Shown piece by piece: positions 1-11,099 of a stretch of DNA of 64,000 bases; the stretch's first letter is position 1; every line of letters starts with the position of its first letter. Position numbers and translations under genes: made by a program. Source of the stretch: Anthoceros angustus (Eukaryota; Plantae; Anthocerotophyta); assembly GCA_010909165.1 (NCBI GenBank), contig VJWM01000317.1, positions 1 to 64,000 of the forward strand, in the 5' to 3' direction. The notes beneath the pieces are model-generated. The model worked only from the letters and a program-made list of their open reading frames with translations, ran no database searches and had not been told where the DNA came from.

Positions 1-547
1 AGGAAGAACTCGTTAATTTCCGGACGGACCCAGGCGATTGTGCCGTAAGGGCGAGTTGGAATTAATGAGCCCAATTGGTGTTAGAGTAGGAGATTGTGGA
101 GGAAGGAAGGTAGATGAGTAGAGAAGAAGAGGCGTTGTTGATTGAGAGAGTTGTGAGGAGGATTAGAGTGTAGGAAAAACGGAAGGCCACAGGCGAGCCT
201 AAGGGCCGAATCCCAAATCTGCAAGTAAGAGGCTCCGTGGGAGAGTGGTCTTAGGAGTAGGGACGAAGTTGCGGTGTGGGTCGGGGGTCCACAGGCGCCG
301 TGATAGACACCTTCTTTGAGGCGTGACACCAATTGTGGTGTCGTTGTAGGTTGAGGCCGGTGAGTTACAGGCGGTCAGTGAGGTGGCCTGTAGAGGGGCG
401 TGAGAGGGCCTTGTTTAGAAGGGGAGTGTGTGGGTGTAGTGGCGATTTCTCGATCATTTCACAAGTCTCATGGGAATGACCAACGTCTGGCTCGTGGGAT
501 AAGTGTGGCCTAGAGGTGCATCTCGGGAGCCCGGATCTGCCTCCACA
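1..547 (+). repeat. 3' portion of a Gypsy family-A/B LTR (variant end ...gcatctcgggagcccggatctgcctccaca), not followed by a PBS, so probably a 3' LTR
   Basis: Matches the distal half of the LTR at 3397-4418. Its terminal variant matches the LTR at 53579-54657. Ends in CA with no TGGCGCC after it. Confidence 0.8.
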
Positions 548-1965
548 AATATCCTATTGTGGAGATGGGCTCCCAAGGCTGAGGTGATCGGTCATCAAGC
601 TGTGAGATTCTCCATCTTCACTCCTAGCCAAGGATCTCTTGCGTGGCAGCCCACCTTCAGAGGGGTAACATTCTCCTCCTTGGCTTCCTTGAGTTGTGGT
701 TTGGAGGGCATAATCGAAACGTACTTCATGAATTCTATGAACATGGTGCTCTTCCTCGCGCCTTTCCTCTTCTTCCTCAATTTCCTCTGCTCTTTCTCTT
801 GGGCGCTGGCGGACTTCCACCTCCTCGGCGAGCTCACGCCCTTCTTCTTCACCTTGCCACAAGCCACCTGGCCTTGCACCCTAGCCTTCCCAAGCACCAA
901 CTCTGCCTGTTATGATTCGAAACGAAATTCTCCTCCAAAGTTCCTCACGAATCCTTACACTTGTGTCGCCGATTTGGGAGCCTTTCCTTCACAATTTCCT
1001 TGCAATCCTGCCATGCCCCACCCTTCCTATCGCTCCTGCAAAGTTAGGGAGGTGTGGTTTGCCTGCACCTCGTTTCCCTCTTTCTCTTTTCTTCCACACC
1101 TCCTCTTGGCGTCCTGCTGCCTTTTCTCCTCCGTTGCCCAACTTGCGCCCTTCCTCTTCAGCTAACATGGGCGTGTGCAGCGTTGCTGTATGGGGCCTTG
1201 GGAAGCTTGAGGTGTGGGCGCCTTCTGCGTGGGAGTCTCCTCCGAGTTGTACCTTGCACACCACTTTTATAAGTCACCCAAGGGTTAGAAAAGTAACTAC
1301 CATTCTATCCTGCCCTTGGATGTGTGCCACCCTTTCTCACCGTTGATGTTAGTTTCCTAATTCCTTATACTAAAATACCATTTCCCTATTTTCTAATTTC
1401 TAATTTGAAAATTAGCCTCTAATTTCTTAATTACCTATTTTGGCCTATTTATCTAGTCCACTAAAAGACTCTATATATAGCAAGCCTATCATAAAACATA
1501 AGCTACTTTCCTTAGCAACCTATCTCCTACAGGTAGGACATCCTCTACCATGGTAGGCGTTTTCCCTTTTCTCCTACCACGGTAGGAGTTACTCTGTGGT
1601 AGGATGCCTTCCTACCCTCTCCTACCATGGTAGGAGCTATTCTACGGTGATCAAAACACTAGCGGGTCATTCTCCTACGGTGGTAGGATCTCTCCTACCC
1701 TCGTCTACCATGGTAGGAGTTTCTCCTCTGGTGGTAGGACCTCCTACCACTCATGTAGGTTACCTTTTTCACCGGAAGGTCGTTTGACCCGTTTCTTTTC
1801 CTGCATATCCTCTTTGCCTTCCGACATGGTCCTACAACTCCGCTCAAAAGGAGCAAAAATTTCCTTGCATGTCTTCACCAAACCATTTCTAGCAAAGAGT
1901 GTGGGCCCGTTTCAAAGCGAACTCATTTAAGCTAGTTGCCCAAACTTTGTTCCACATCGTAGGAG
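548..1965 (-). mobile_element. Inverted fragment of family A (post-integrase region, AT-rich island, CCTACC repeats) plus a short diverged coiled-coil ORF remnant at ~550-760
   Basis: Reverse complement of the ~8700-9700 and 18000-19150 regions. The minus-strand RFDYALQ string resembles ORF3 RFRADYALQ. Confidence 0.7.
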
Positions 1966-3396
1966 CAGCCAAGAGGAGGTTGAATTCTTGAAGGCGGAGG
2001 AGAAGACAGGACCTACCAAGCAAGGGAAATTGCGGGTGGCGGCGGAGGCGGCGGGAGGATGTTATGAGGATGGAAGCTCAAGTGGAGCACTTGGAAAGAG
2101 TCTTGAAACAAGGCTACAGGAAAACAACCATATATTAGAACAAGGCTCTTACCAAGCAATTGGCAGCTCGAGAGGAGAAGGTGGAGCAACTTGCTCACAT
2201 GGTGCATGGGAAAAGAAGGCGGAAGACAAGCAAGTGCTGCTAATGGAGGAAAGGTCAAGAGGAGAGCAATCTCTGCAGAAATGAGGGCAGACAAAGGCAA
2301 GTAGGCGCACATGAGCGGGTCATAGCCACACAGTGAAGATTAGTGACATGGAAAAGGAGCTGGAGAAATCCGAGGCTGGAATTGAAGGAAGAAGAGCTGG
2401 AAGAACGGACACATTTTGTCCAAAGATTGGAAATGGAACGAGAAGTCCAGAACGAGAATGCACAACTCCCTAGGAGGATAGGGAGTTGGAGGAAGAAATG
2501 GCAAAGGAGAAAGGCCGTCATGAGGCGGTGGCAGCATATGTTGGCGGTGAGGGAGCGAGATTTCCTGATTATGCCCTACAAGAGATTGATCCGCCAACTG
2601 CAGAATGAGAGGACGGAGAATGTGGCTCTCCATGTCAAGACCGGTGAGCTGGCCTTGGGCGAGATGCTTACAAAAGCAAGTGTGAGCATGGAGTATGGCT
2701 TGAGGATTACGAAGAATTGGAGATGGCACAACAACGATTTGCAGCCCATCTTCACAACAAGGTGCTCAAGGCCACTAACGAGTTGTTGCGACTTCTGAAA
2801 GGAGAATGTTGGGACCTCATGACGATGATAGGGAGGCCCTCATGCAAGTCCAACCGAAGCCTTAGACTTGAGAGTGTCCCAAGCAACAGGGTGAGAAACT
2901 TGCAGTGGAGAAGCAAGTGAAGCGGGAGAAGCAGTGAGAGAATCAGGGAAGGGGTAAGGAAGAAGAAACGACCCGGTAGGAACTCCTACCGTGGTAGGAG
3001 GAGTTCCTACCGTGGTGGGAGGGACTCCGTGGTAGGAGAAGGTCATGGGAGGAGGAAGAAGCGGATTCAAAGGCCTAGCATGGATTTGGCAAGGGAGGCG
3101 AGTACCTTGGCCCTTGCAGAAAGAAGGAAGAGGGGTTGATCTTGCGGAATGGAGCAAGAATCACAAGGAGAAGACCAACCTCCTAACATGGGTGCAGGAG
3201 CAAGCTCACTTGCTCCACAAGTGAGAGGAAGAGGAGAAGGAGGATGAGCCGGTGGCTAAGAGAGCCCGGCTATTTTATTGGAGGAAGGAACTCAAGATAG
3301 GCATCAAGATAAGGAAGGGATTCATAAGAAGTCCTTAAATTAGCTTGAAGACATGGGGCAAGATGCCACTTGGGAAGACTTTTCTTTAGAGGAGGA
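1966..3396 (+). mobile_element. Family A 3' internal region (coiled-coil accessory ORF3, 3' UTR, PPT)
   Basis: LELKEEELEERTHFVQRLEMEREVQ and AQQRFAAHLHNKVLKATNELLRL strings are shared with 11400-12200. Ends in TTTCTTTAGAGGAGGA directly before an LTR. Confidence 0.85.
3381..3396 (+). other. Polypurine tract of family A
   Basis: TTTCTTTAGAGGAGGA immediately 5' of the LTR start. The same motif occurs at ~12745, ~37781, ~53562 and in reverse at ~21038 and ~31320. Confidence 0.8.
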
Positions 3397-4418
3397 TGAG
3401 CATTAATGCTTGTTGAGAGAGTGTGTTGACTAGCTAGATAGGAATGTTGACAGAGCCATTAAGGCTCACATAGGTGAATTTTAGAATAGAATTTTACCCA
3501 AGATGCTTGGATGTCGAACTTAAAGTCGACAATAGGATACACTAAAATAAGGAGTAAGGCGGTGCGGAGGGCGCCGGGAGGCTGTGAGGACCTCCCTATA
3601 AAAGGAGGGAGCTTGTGAAGTAAAATTATCGTGTCTTGCGCTCCCATCCTCCCGAGTCCTTCACTTTGTCAGAATTTCGTGCTGCAAGCCAACGGTCTCG
3701 GTAGAGGAGAACGCGGTCGGAGTCGGGCGGAGGCTCTTGCAGCGCCCCGCTCCCCTTGTGAATGGTTCTTGTGAATTGTTTTGCTTTGAGTGTGGCGATG
3801 CTCAAGGAACTCTCGGCTTGAGGGTAGCAGGAAAGACTCCGGAGGTTCTCATTTGCAAACCACATAGCCCAAGGAAGAACTCGTTAATTTCGGACGGACC
3901 CCTTGTGCCGTAAGGGAGTTGGAATTAATGAGCCAGCAATTGGTGTTAGAGTAGGAGATTGTGGAGGAAGGAAGGGTAGATGAGTAGAGAAGAAGAGGGC
4001 GTTGTTGATTGAGAGAGTTGTGAGGAGGATTAGAGTGTAGGAAAACTAAGGCCACAGTGCGAGCCTAAGGGACGAATCCCAAGTAAGAGGGCGCTCCCTG
4101 TGGAGAAGAGTGTCTTAGGAGTAGGGACGGTTGCGGTGTGGGTCGGGGGTCCTGGCGCCCGTGATAGACACCTTCTTTGACGTAACATTGTGTGGTGTCG
4201 TTGTAGGTTGAGGTTTGGTGAGTTCTGAAGCGGCGGGCGTAGCTGCTGTAGAGGGAGTGAGAGGGCGCCTTGCTTGTTTAGAAGGCTGAGGTAGTGTGTA
4301 GCTGCGGTGTGTGATTTCTCAAGATTCGTTCCCAAGTCTCATGGGACGAAACCCAACGTCGGCGATGGGATAAGTGTGGCTAGAGGGGAATCTCAGTGCC
4401 CCGGGTTTTCCTCCCACA
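3397..4418 (+). repeat. Family A LTR (~1.02 kb)
   Basis: Starts TG after the PPT, ends ...TTTTCCTCCCACA and is followed by a PBS. Direct repeat of 12761-13831 and 37797-38832. Confidence 0.92.
3597..3603 (+). promoter_or_regulatory. TATA box in family A LTR U3
   Basis: CTCCCTATAAAAGGAGG is conserved about 200 bp into every LTR copy. Confidence 0.6.
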
Positions 4419-4422
4419 TTTT

Positions 4423-4438
4423 TGGCGCTGCGGGACTT
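4423..4438 (+). other. Primer binding site, tRNA-Asp type (Athila-like)
   Basis: TGGCGCTGCGGGAC 4 nt after the LTR end. The cleaner copy at 30241-30258 reads TGGCGCCGTTGCGGGACT, matching the 3' end of plant tRNA-Asp(GTC). Confidence 0.75.
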
Positions 4439-5949
4439 GTGGTGATTGAAATTTTGAGATTTTCGTTGCTTGCAGATGAGAGAAGATCTTGTAAGGAGGT
4501 GGAGCGGGGTCTAGGAAGAGCCTACACGTCCTGGAACCTGTGTTGTGAAGGAGGAGCTCCACGCCTCCCGAATGGTGTGATTTTGTGTTCCCGCAAGAAT
4601 GGCGCATGGCGGTTGGCTGATTTTTCTTTAACAACCGTGTTTTGGAGGCTATGAGGATGCTTGCGATGTAGCAGAGGGAGGGAGAGGAGAAAACCATAGG
4701 AGGTCACCCCCACATCGCAAGAGATCTAAGAGTGCAAGAAGAAATCAATGGAGGGAGGAAAACGCGGTGGTTGCACGGCTCCAGGAGGAGGAAGAGCTAA
4801 GGGCGCTTGAGGAGGAGGCCGTTTTGCCCTTGCCTACAAGGGGAGCCAAGTGATCCAGCGACGCTCGAGAAGGGGACGCCGAAATCACCGACAAAAGTAA
4901 AGGAGGTGGTTGAAGAGAGTTGGTGTGTGAAGAGGAAAGCGGAGGAAGCACCATTTCGAGCACGATTCAAGTTCAGCTACCACCTGGGCCTCCTCGCTGG
5001 ACCTTCGGAGTGGTGGATCTAGCTCAACTCAGCAACAGAAGTGAAGAAGGAAGGGTGAGCGGTGGAGAATTTCAGTGGTCTCAAGATCTTGGAGCCTTGA
5101 TAGAATCACGCCAGCTCACCATCTTGGGACACCTAGGGAGACACCATCCCACAAGTCCCAATCTTTTGCAGACACCCTTCTGCAGAGAACTTTGGTTGGA
5201 GAATTTACTGCAGGAGAGGAAGGTGAGTTCGAGCTCATCCTGGACCAAGCAACATGAGTGGAGTAGGAGGGGAGGTTGATATGTGTTTGAGGGGAGGAGC
5301 GGAGTTGAGGCGGCGAGGAAGTTTCTAGTAATGGGGAGGAGGATCGTATCTTTAGGGTTGTGAGGGATAGAGGGTGAGATTAGCTGCGAGTGGAGGAGAA
5401 GGCTGAAGAGAGAGGTCTGAACAAGGCAAAAGAGTTCCGTGAGGAAGAAGAGAGTTGTTTGAGGGAGGTTGTCTGCTACGACAGCAAGGGGTGATGCTGA
5501 AATCCAAGGTACTAAGAGCAAGCGTTGAGGTTTGTGGTACATCTCAAGAGGAGGTTTTGCGTAGGACTAAGATTTGAGCTCCTTAGAGGGAGAGTGGCTA
5601 GGAAGAAGGAGGAAGGAGGAGTCATAAGAGAGGAAAGGTCCGAGGTCTGGCCTTCTTCTTCTTCTTCCTCTTCTGCCATCTTCTTGCAAGGAGGAGGTAC
5701 CAGGAGCTCACGTGTGTAGAAAGATCGACGATGAGGAAGGACTTGGAGAAGGTTGAAGAGGCGAGGAGTGCGTGGAGAAGGAGAGGAAAGGGAAGACGGT
5801 TCAGGATGGAGAAGGAGAGACGCCCACCGCAGGAGGAGGGATTGCAGGAAGGAGGCTTTGACAAAAAGAGTGATGGAGGTCAAGGCTGTGAAAATCAAGC
5901 ACGGAGGTCACCAGCAAGTCTTGGTATTGCTCAATTTGTCATCAAAAAA

Positions 5950-6440
5950 TAAGAATGTATCGCTGAGGAGGGAGGACCAGACAAGACTACGCTCACAACC
6001 GATTGCACTTACATTCCAAGCTACCTTCGCTTGTGCAACGCCCCGCCACTTGTGGTGAATGCTATCTTCCGAGATTTCTGGAAGTTCATGGAGGTATTTG
6101 GATGATTTTGGTTTAAGGGAGGAAGGTACCTAGGACACCTAAGACAATGTTTTCGAAGTGCAGGAGTCCAACATGAAGCTTCATCCAGAAGTGTTATTTT
6201 GGCATGACGAAGGTATTTTGTTGGCACATCGAGTTTGTGAAGAGGATTGCGTAGATAAGGAAGGTGGCGATAGATGGACGATCAAACGGTGAGGCAAAGG
6301 TGCTTTGTAGGAGTAGGATATTGGTGAGGTTCATCAAGGATTTTGCTAAGAAGGCAGCCTTGTGACCAATTGACCAAGAAGGATACACCTTTCGAATGGA
6401 GCGAAGATGGAGGCTTTTCAGAATTGAAGGACAGCTGGAG
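5950..6440 (+). pseudogene. pol: Gypsy reverse transcriptase, C-terminal half, frameshifted
   Basis: Strings across frames: IAEE.DQ.KTTLTTD, LCNAP, KFMEVF.DDF, NMKLHP, QLTKKDTPFEWSE. Confidence 0.85.
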
Positions 6441-6449
6441 CGCAATTAC

Positions 6450-6810
6450 AGCCGCCGCGATTGGGAGAAACCGTTTCATGTATACGGGATGTCCGCTATG
6501 CCATTGGGACCATCTTAAGCCGAAGGACGAAGAAACGGACCATCCGATTTTCTATGCTAGACACCACGGATGCGAGAAGAACTACTCAACCACGAGAGGG
6601 TCTTGGTATCATTTACTCGAAGTTTAGGCACTATCCGCTTGCTTGCAAAGTGACGCTTCATGTTGACCATTTTATGCTGAAGTACCTTGTGAACAAGCCG
6701 ATTTGTGAAGGATTGCCGTGGGTACTACTGCAAGAGTTTGATTATGACGAGAAACTAGGTTGAAGGTGAGAATGTGATTTCATTTCTCGCGAAACCGGAG
6801 AGCGACTCTG
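6450..6810 (+). pseudogene. pol: Gypsy RNase H, frameshifted
   Basis: YAIGTIL, HPIFYA, EKNYS, SKFRHY, HVDH..LKYLVNKP, VLLQEFDY. Confidence 0.88.
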
Positions 6811-7559
6811 GGATGACCGATTTCGACGAGGAGTTGGTTGCCACGGCCCGGGTCAAGGGGAGGACGTGAGCATGTTGTGGGCGGCCTAAGCATTGATCAG
6901 CAAGCCTTTTGCCAGCAAAGGTCAAATGAGCAAGAAGGAGCGTGCGGCAGAAAGGCGCAGCAGGACAACTGGAACCGAGGGGATAAAAGGGCGGAAGGGG
7001 CGCGAGGAGGAGGCTGGCCTCAAGGGTGAGCAGTCAGGAGGGCTGCAAGTGGAGGCCAGCCGTTGGCAAAGAAAGAAGCGAAACGACATGGGAGCGCCAA
7101 AAAGAAAAGGCGCCCCCACTTGGCGAGGTCGCCAGTGCGCCATGGGGCCGCAAGGAGGAGAAGGCCCTAGGGAGGTAGGTGCGCCAGAGGCGAGGAAGGA
7201 GATGCATCCCATGAGAAGCTTGAGCAAAACGGGGAGAAGAAAATGGCGATTCATGGGAAATCACCATGAGGTGGCCATGGGTGCAAACAAAGCAGGAGGT
7301 CGCCATGGGAGCACGAGCTGGACCCACACGAGGCTAGACCAGCAGGAAGGGAAGAACCGAACGTTGTTGGAGGAGGAGGCAAACGGGTCACAGCTCAAAA
7401 CTGCAAGATGGACAAAGCGGGAGAAACCGGATTTGGGATGGAACAACGCCGCCCTGGGCTGCTGGTGGGCGAGCTGGCAGGAGGCGACGTGGTATGCGTG
7501 GAAGGAGGAGATTGAACGTGAGGGGCGTTCATGCCCAAGGTATTAATGGTGAGGTACAA

Positions 7560-8680
7560 ATTTCTAGAGCATGGAATCATGCCCGATGGTTTGTCTAGGA
7601 GGCAGCTTTTTTCCACAAGACAGCCCCTTATTGCCTACGGATGGGGTCTGCTTGGTCCAGAGAAGATTCGGTGATGTGAAATTAGAGAAGCTGTGGTCAC
7701 ATGCTTTACATGCGTAAGAGAGGGTGGTCATTATTCGACGAAAATCACAGTGAAGAAGGTCTTGGATGCAGCTCGTGGGCTACAATGCAGGGATGTGGAA
7801 TTTATTAGAGGTGTGATGCGTGTCGAGGGTTGGAAGGCCCACTTTGTCAACACAGGGCCTCTCACCCACATACTACCTTTGGCACCATTTGAGAAGTGGG
7901 TATAGATTTTGTAGGTCCAATCAAGCCACCCACACAATGGACAAGGAAGCAATATATCTGGTGGCTGACTATTGCACAAAGATGGTGGAGGTCAAGCAAC
8001 AAGAAGGACGACCAGAGAAGTTTCTTTGAGAACATTATAACGAGGTATGGATGTCCTTTGGAGTTGGATAGGGGAACTCATTTCTCAACTCGTGATCGAG
8101 ACTCTCACCACCTACTTCAACATTCGATCGAAGACAACTCCTTACAATCCCAAAGAATGGTTTGAGAGAAACGAATGGGCTGTGTACAATCTTGACCAAG
8201 GTAATCGTGACTCACATGTATGATTGGGACACTAAGCTACATTCAGTGGGCTTACAGGACAGTGAGAAGGTGACAACCAAGAAGACCCCTTATTATTTAA
8301 CATATGGCATGTCTCCTGATGCTGAGAATTTGAAGTACCTACCTATAGAATCATGGAGGATGAGCGATGACAGAAGGATAGTGTAGCTAGACTAGAATCT
8401 TTCATAGAGCATGAGGAACGAGGAAGATGCTTTAGAAGAAACTCATAATTCAGGAGCTTAGAAAGGATAGGCATGATGGGAAGTTGAGGAAGCAAGAAGC
8501 TATCATGGCCGGGACGGTTCTTCTATGATAGCCTATATGGACTTCCTGTGAAGCTTAGATTGAGATGGATGGGACCATGAGGTGGTGGCATGAGAATGGA
8601 TCCGCAACCACGCAGGCCGGATGGGGATTTGCCAACTAGAGTGAATGGGTGGAAGGTTAAGCACCTTCACTGAGATTCGT
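7560..8680 (+). pseudogene. pol: Gypsy integrase with C-terminal GPY/F region, frameshifted
   Basis: GGHY..ITVKKVLDA, PLAPFEKWGIDFVGPIKP, FENIITRYGCP, THMYDWDTKLH, KKTPYYLTYGM, KLRLRWMGP, RVNGWKVK. Confidence 0.9.
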
Positions 8681-9169
8681 TGCGAGGACGCAAACAGTGA
8701 GGAGGGGAGTATGTGGAACGCAAAAGTTTGGGCAACAAGCTTAAATGAGTTTGCTTTGAACAGCCCACACTCTTTTGCTAGAAATGGTTTGGTGAAGACA
8801 TGCAAGGAAATTTTTGCCTTTTGAGCGGAGTTGTAGGACCATGTCGGAAGGCAGAGGATATGGTGGAAAAGAAACGGGTCAAAACGACCTCGTGAGGAGA
8901 AAAGGTAACCTACATGAGTGGTAGGAGGTGTCCTACCACCGTAGGAGAAACTCCTACCATGGTAGACGAGGGTAGAGAGAGATCCTACCACCGTAGGAGG
9001 ATGACCGCTAGTGTTTTGATCACCTACCAGAATAGCCTACCATGGTAGGAGAGGGTAAGGTATCCTACCCCAGAGAACTCCCACCGTGGTAGGAGAAAGG
9101 GACGCCACCATGGAGGATGTCCTACCAGAGGAGAGTGGAAAGTAGCTATGTTTTAAGGATAGGCTTGCT

Positions 9170-9395
9170 ATATATAGGGTCTTTTAGTGACTAGATAAAT
9201 AGGCCAAAATAGGTAATTAAGAAATTAGAGGCTAATTTTCAGTAATTAGAAATTAGAAAAATAGGGAAATGGTATTTTAGTATAAGGAATTAGGAAACTA
9301 ACATCACGGTGAGAAAGGGCCACGTGGCACACATCCAAGGGCAGGATAGAATGGTAGTTACTTTTCTAACCTTGGGTGACTTATAAAAGTGGTCG
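9170..9395 (+). promoter_or_regulatory. AT-rich island ending in TATAAAA upstream of the accessory ORFs (candidate internal promoter)
   Basis: Sharp AT-rich block in otherwise GC-rich DNA, conserved in five copies (1270-1500 -, 9170-9395 +, 18440-18675 +, 25895-26130 -, 34700-34950 -). Confidence 0.45.
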
Positions 9396-9869
9396 GTGCA
9401 GGAGGCCACAACTCGAAACTTGAGGAGGCGGCCTCACAGGAAGGCGCCGCCACACCTCAAGCCCAAGGCCCCATACAGCACGCCCGTACACGCCCGTGTT
9501 GAGGAGAAGGAGGGCGCAAGCTCAGCAAGGAGGCGGAAATCCGCGGGCGCCCAAGAGAGGAAGAAGGAGGAAAAAGAGGAAGAGAAGGAGAAGAAGGTTG
9601 GGCAACCCAACACTTGCCAAGCTCGTGAGGGTGCCTAGGAGGGTGGAGCGTGGCAAGATTGCTAGGAAACCGTGTGAAGGGCTCCTAAATTGTTGTGGCA
9701 AGTGTAAGAGTCCGGGGAATTTTGGTGAGCTTTCTGGAGAAATCGGGTTTTGAGACGCCAAGGTGTAAGGAAGGAGGAGAGCAAGGGGCAAGGACCTTTG
9801 AGCTGTGAGCAAGAGCAAATCAGAGGAGGAATTGCAAGGATAAGAAGTCGCGGGTGCAGGAATTGCGGT

Positions 9870-10990
9870 GAGAGGCATCACTTTTCTTCAATTTGCGGCA
9901 AGTACTAACCAAGGAGGCCATGACCAAGCCTACCATGACCAAGGGGCAAGGAGGTAGTAGCTAAGGAAGGAGCGTCCACCAAGGAGGTGGCGCAGGAGCT
10001 GCAAGAGGTCTAAGGTGAGGATCGGACTGAGGGTGGAAATTTGACATGCCCTTATTTACGCATGTGCCAGCTATCCTCTAGAGACCTTTCAGACTTTCGA
10101 CCTTGGGCAGCAGAGGAGAATATTCACCTAGAGTGGGTGTATGGGCGACATTGGTCTACACCAACCTTGAATTGATAGAAGAGTGTTTTGCTAATTTGCA
10201 GCAGACGGAAGAGGAATTGGCCGCCTACCGGATAGAAACGACGGACGGATCCACGGTGTTGGACAAGGAGCATACGCCAGTATATGGCGGAGGATAGCGA
10301 GGATAGCGGAATCACGCTGATGGAAGGAACGAGGCAAGCGCGCATCAACGGCGGATCTTCCCAAGGGAGCCCTTACACTTATGCAAGGGGCATGAAGGCT
10401 AAGTCCAAGAACGGGACGGACCAAATCTTGGAGCCCAAGTGGAGATTGTTCACAAGAATTGTTTTGGGCTTGGTGAGCAATCCAAGGGTGTCATATTTCA
10501 GCACTACCTTCCTCCATTTTCTATGGAAGATCACTCAAGGAGCGAAGCCGGATTGGGGCTCATCATGTATGAAGCATACACCTACCACCGAAAAGTTGTC
10601 AAACCCAACGCTTGGATGAAGAGTCCATGCTATCTTAGCACTTATCTAGTGCATTTGTGGGAAGTAGAGGGCTACTCACAAGTAAGGAGTTGGATGATTC
10701 CAAGCATCCCTTTAACATTGTGTACTTACATGTGAGAGGGACAGGAGTGCTTGGTGCTTTGCGCTAAAGGAGGTGCCAAGCACCACCGACATTATTGCCG
10801 GAAGGAATCCTCCGAAAGATAGGCCGAGGATGCGTGGAGGACTTGCAAGGAGAAGTTGTAGGGGATTTGAAGTTTGGACCGCAAGATGCGGAGATGGAAG
10901 GTAGGATAGATCCTACCATGGTGAATCCCGCAAGGGTGGGAGGTGTTCCCATTGGTTTGGGACCCCTTCCCTCTCATGACAAGGCCTACA
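9870..10990 (+). CDS. Family A accessory ORF2 (Athila env-like / putative plant transposon protein type), frameshifted as assembled
   Basis: Same strings recur in all copies: MTKPTMTKGKEVVAKEG, GGWKFDMP, FLHFLWKITQGAKPDWG, YLSTYLVHLWEVEGY. Lies between pol and the 3' LTR. Family assignment is by position and resemblance only. Confidence 0.55.
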
Positions 10991-11099
10991 AGGGGCAGGA
11001 ATTAGTCCTACCACGGTAGGAAGTAGTCCTACAGGAGCACCTCCTACCACGGGAGGAAAGGAAGTCACGGTTTGGAAGCTCCCAAGCGGGAGATAAGAA

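Noticed and set aside
503-1346. Long plus-strand ORFs (220 aa, 144 aa) and similar Leu/Ser/Pro/Phe-rich ORFs throughout
   Set aside because: They are antisense shadows of purine-rich retroelement sequence, which lacks stop codons on the pyrimidine strand.
4423-4438. tRNA gene
   Set aside because: Only the complement of a tRNA 3' end is present (a PBS), with no cloverleaf.
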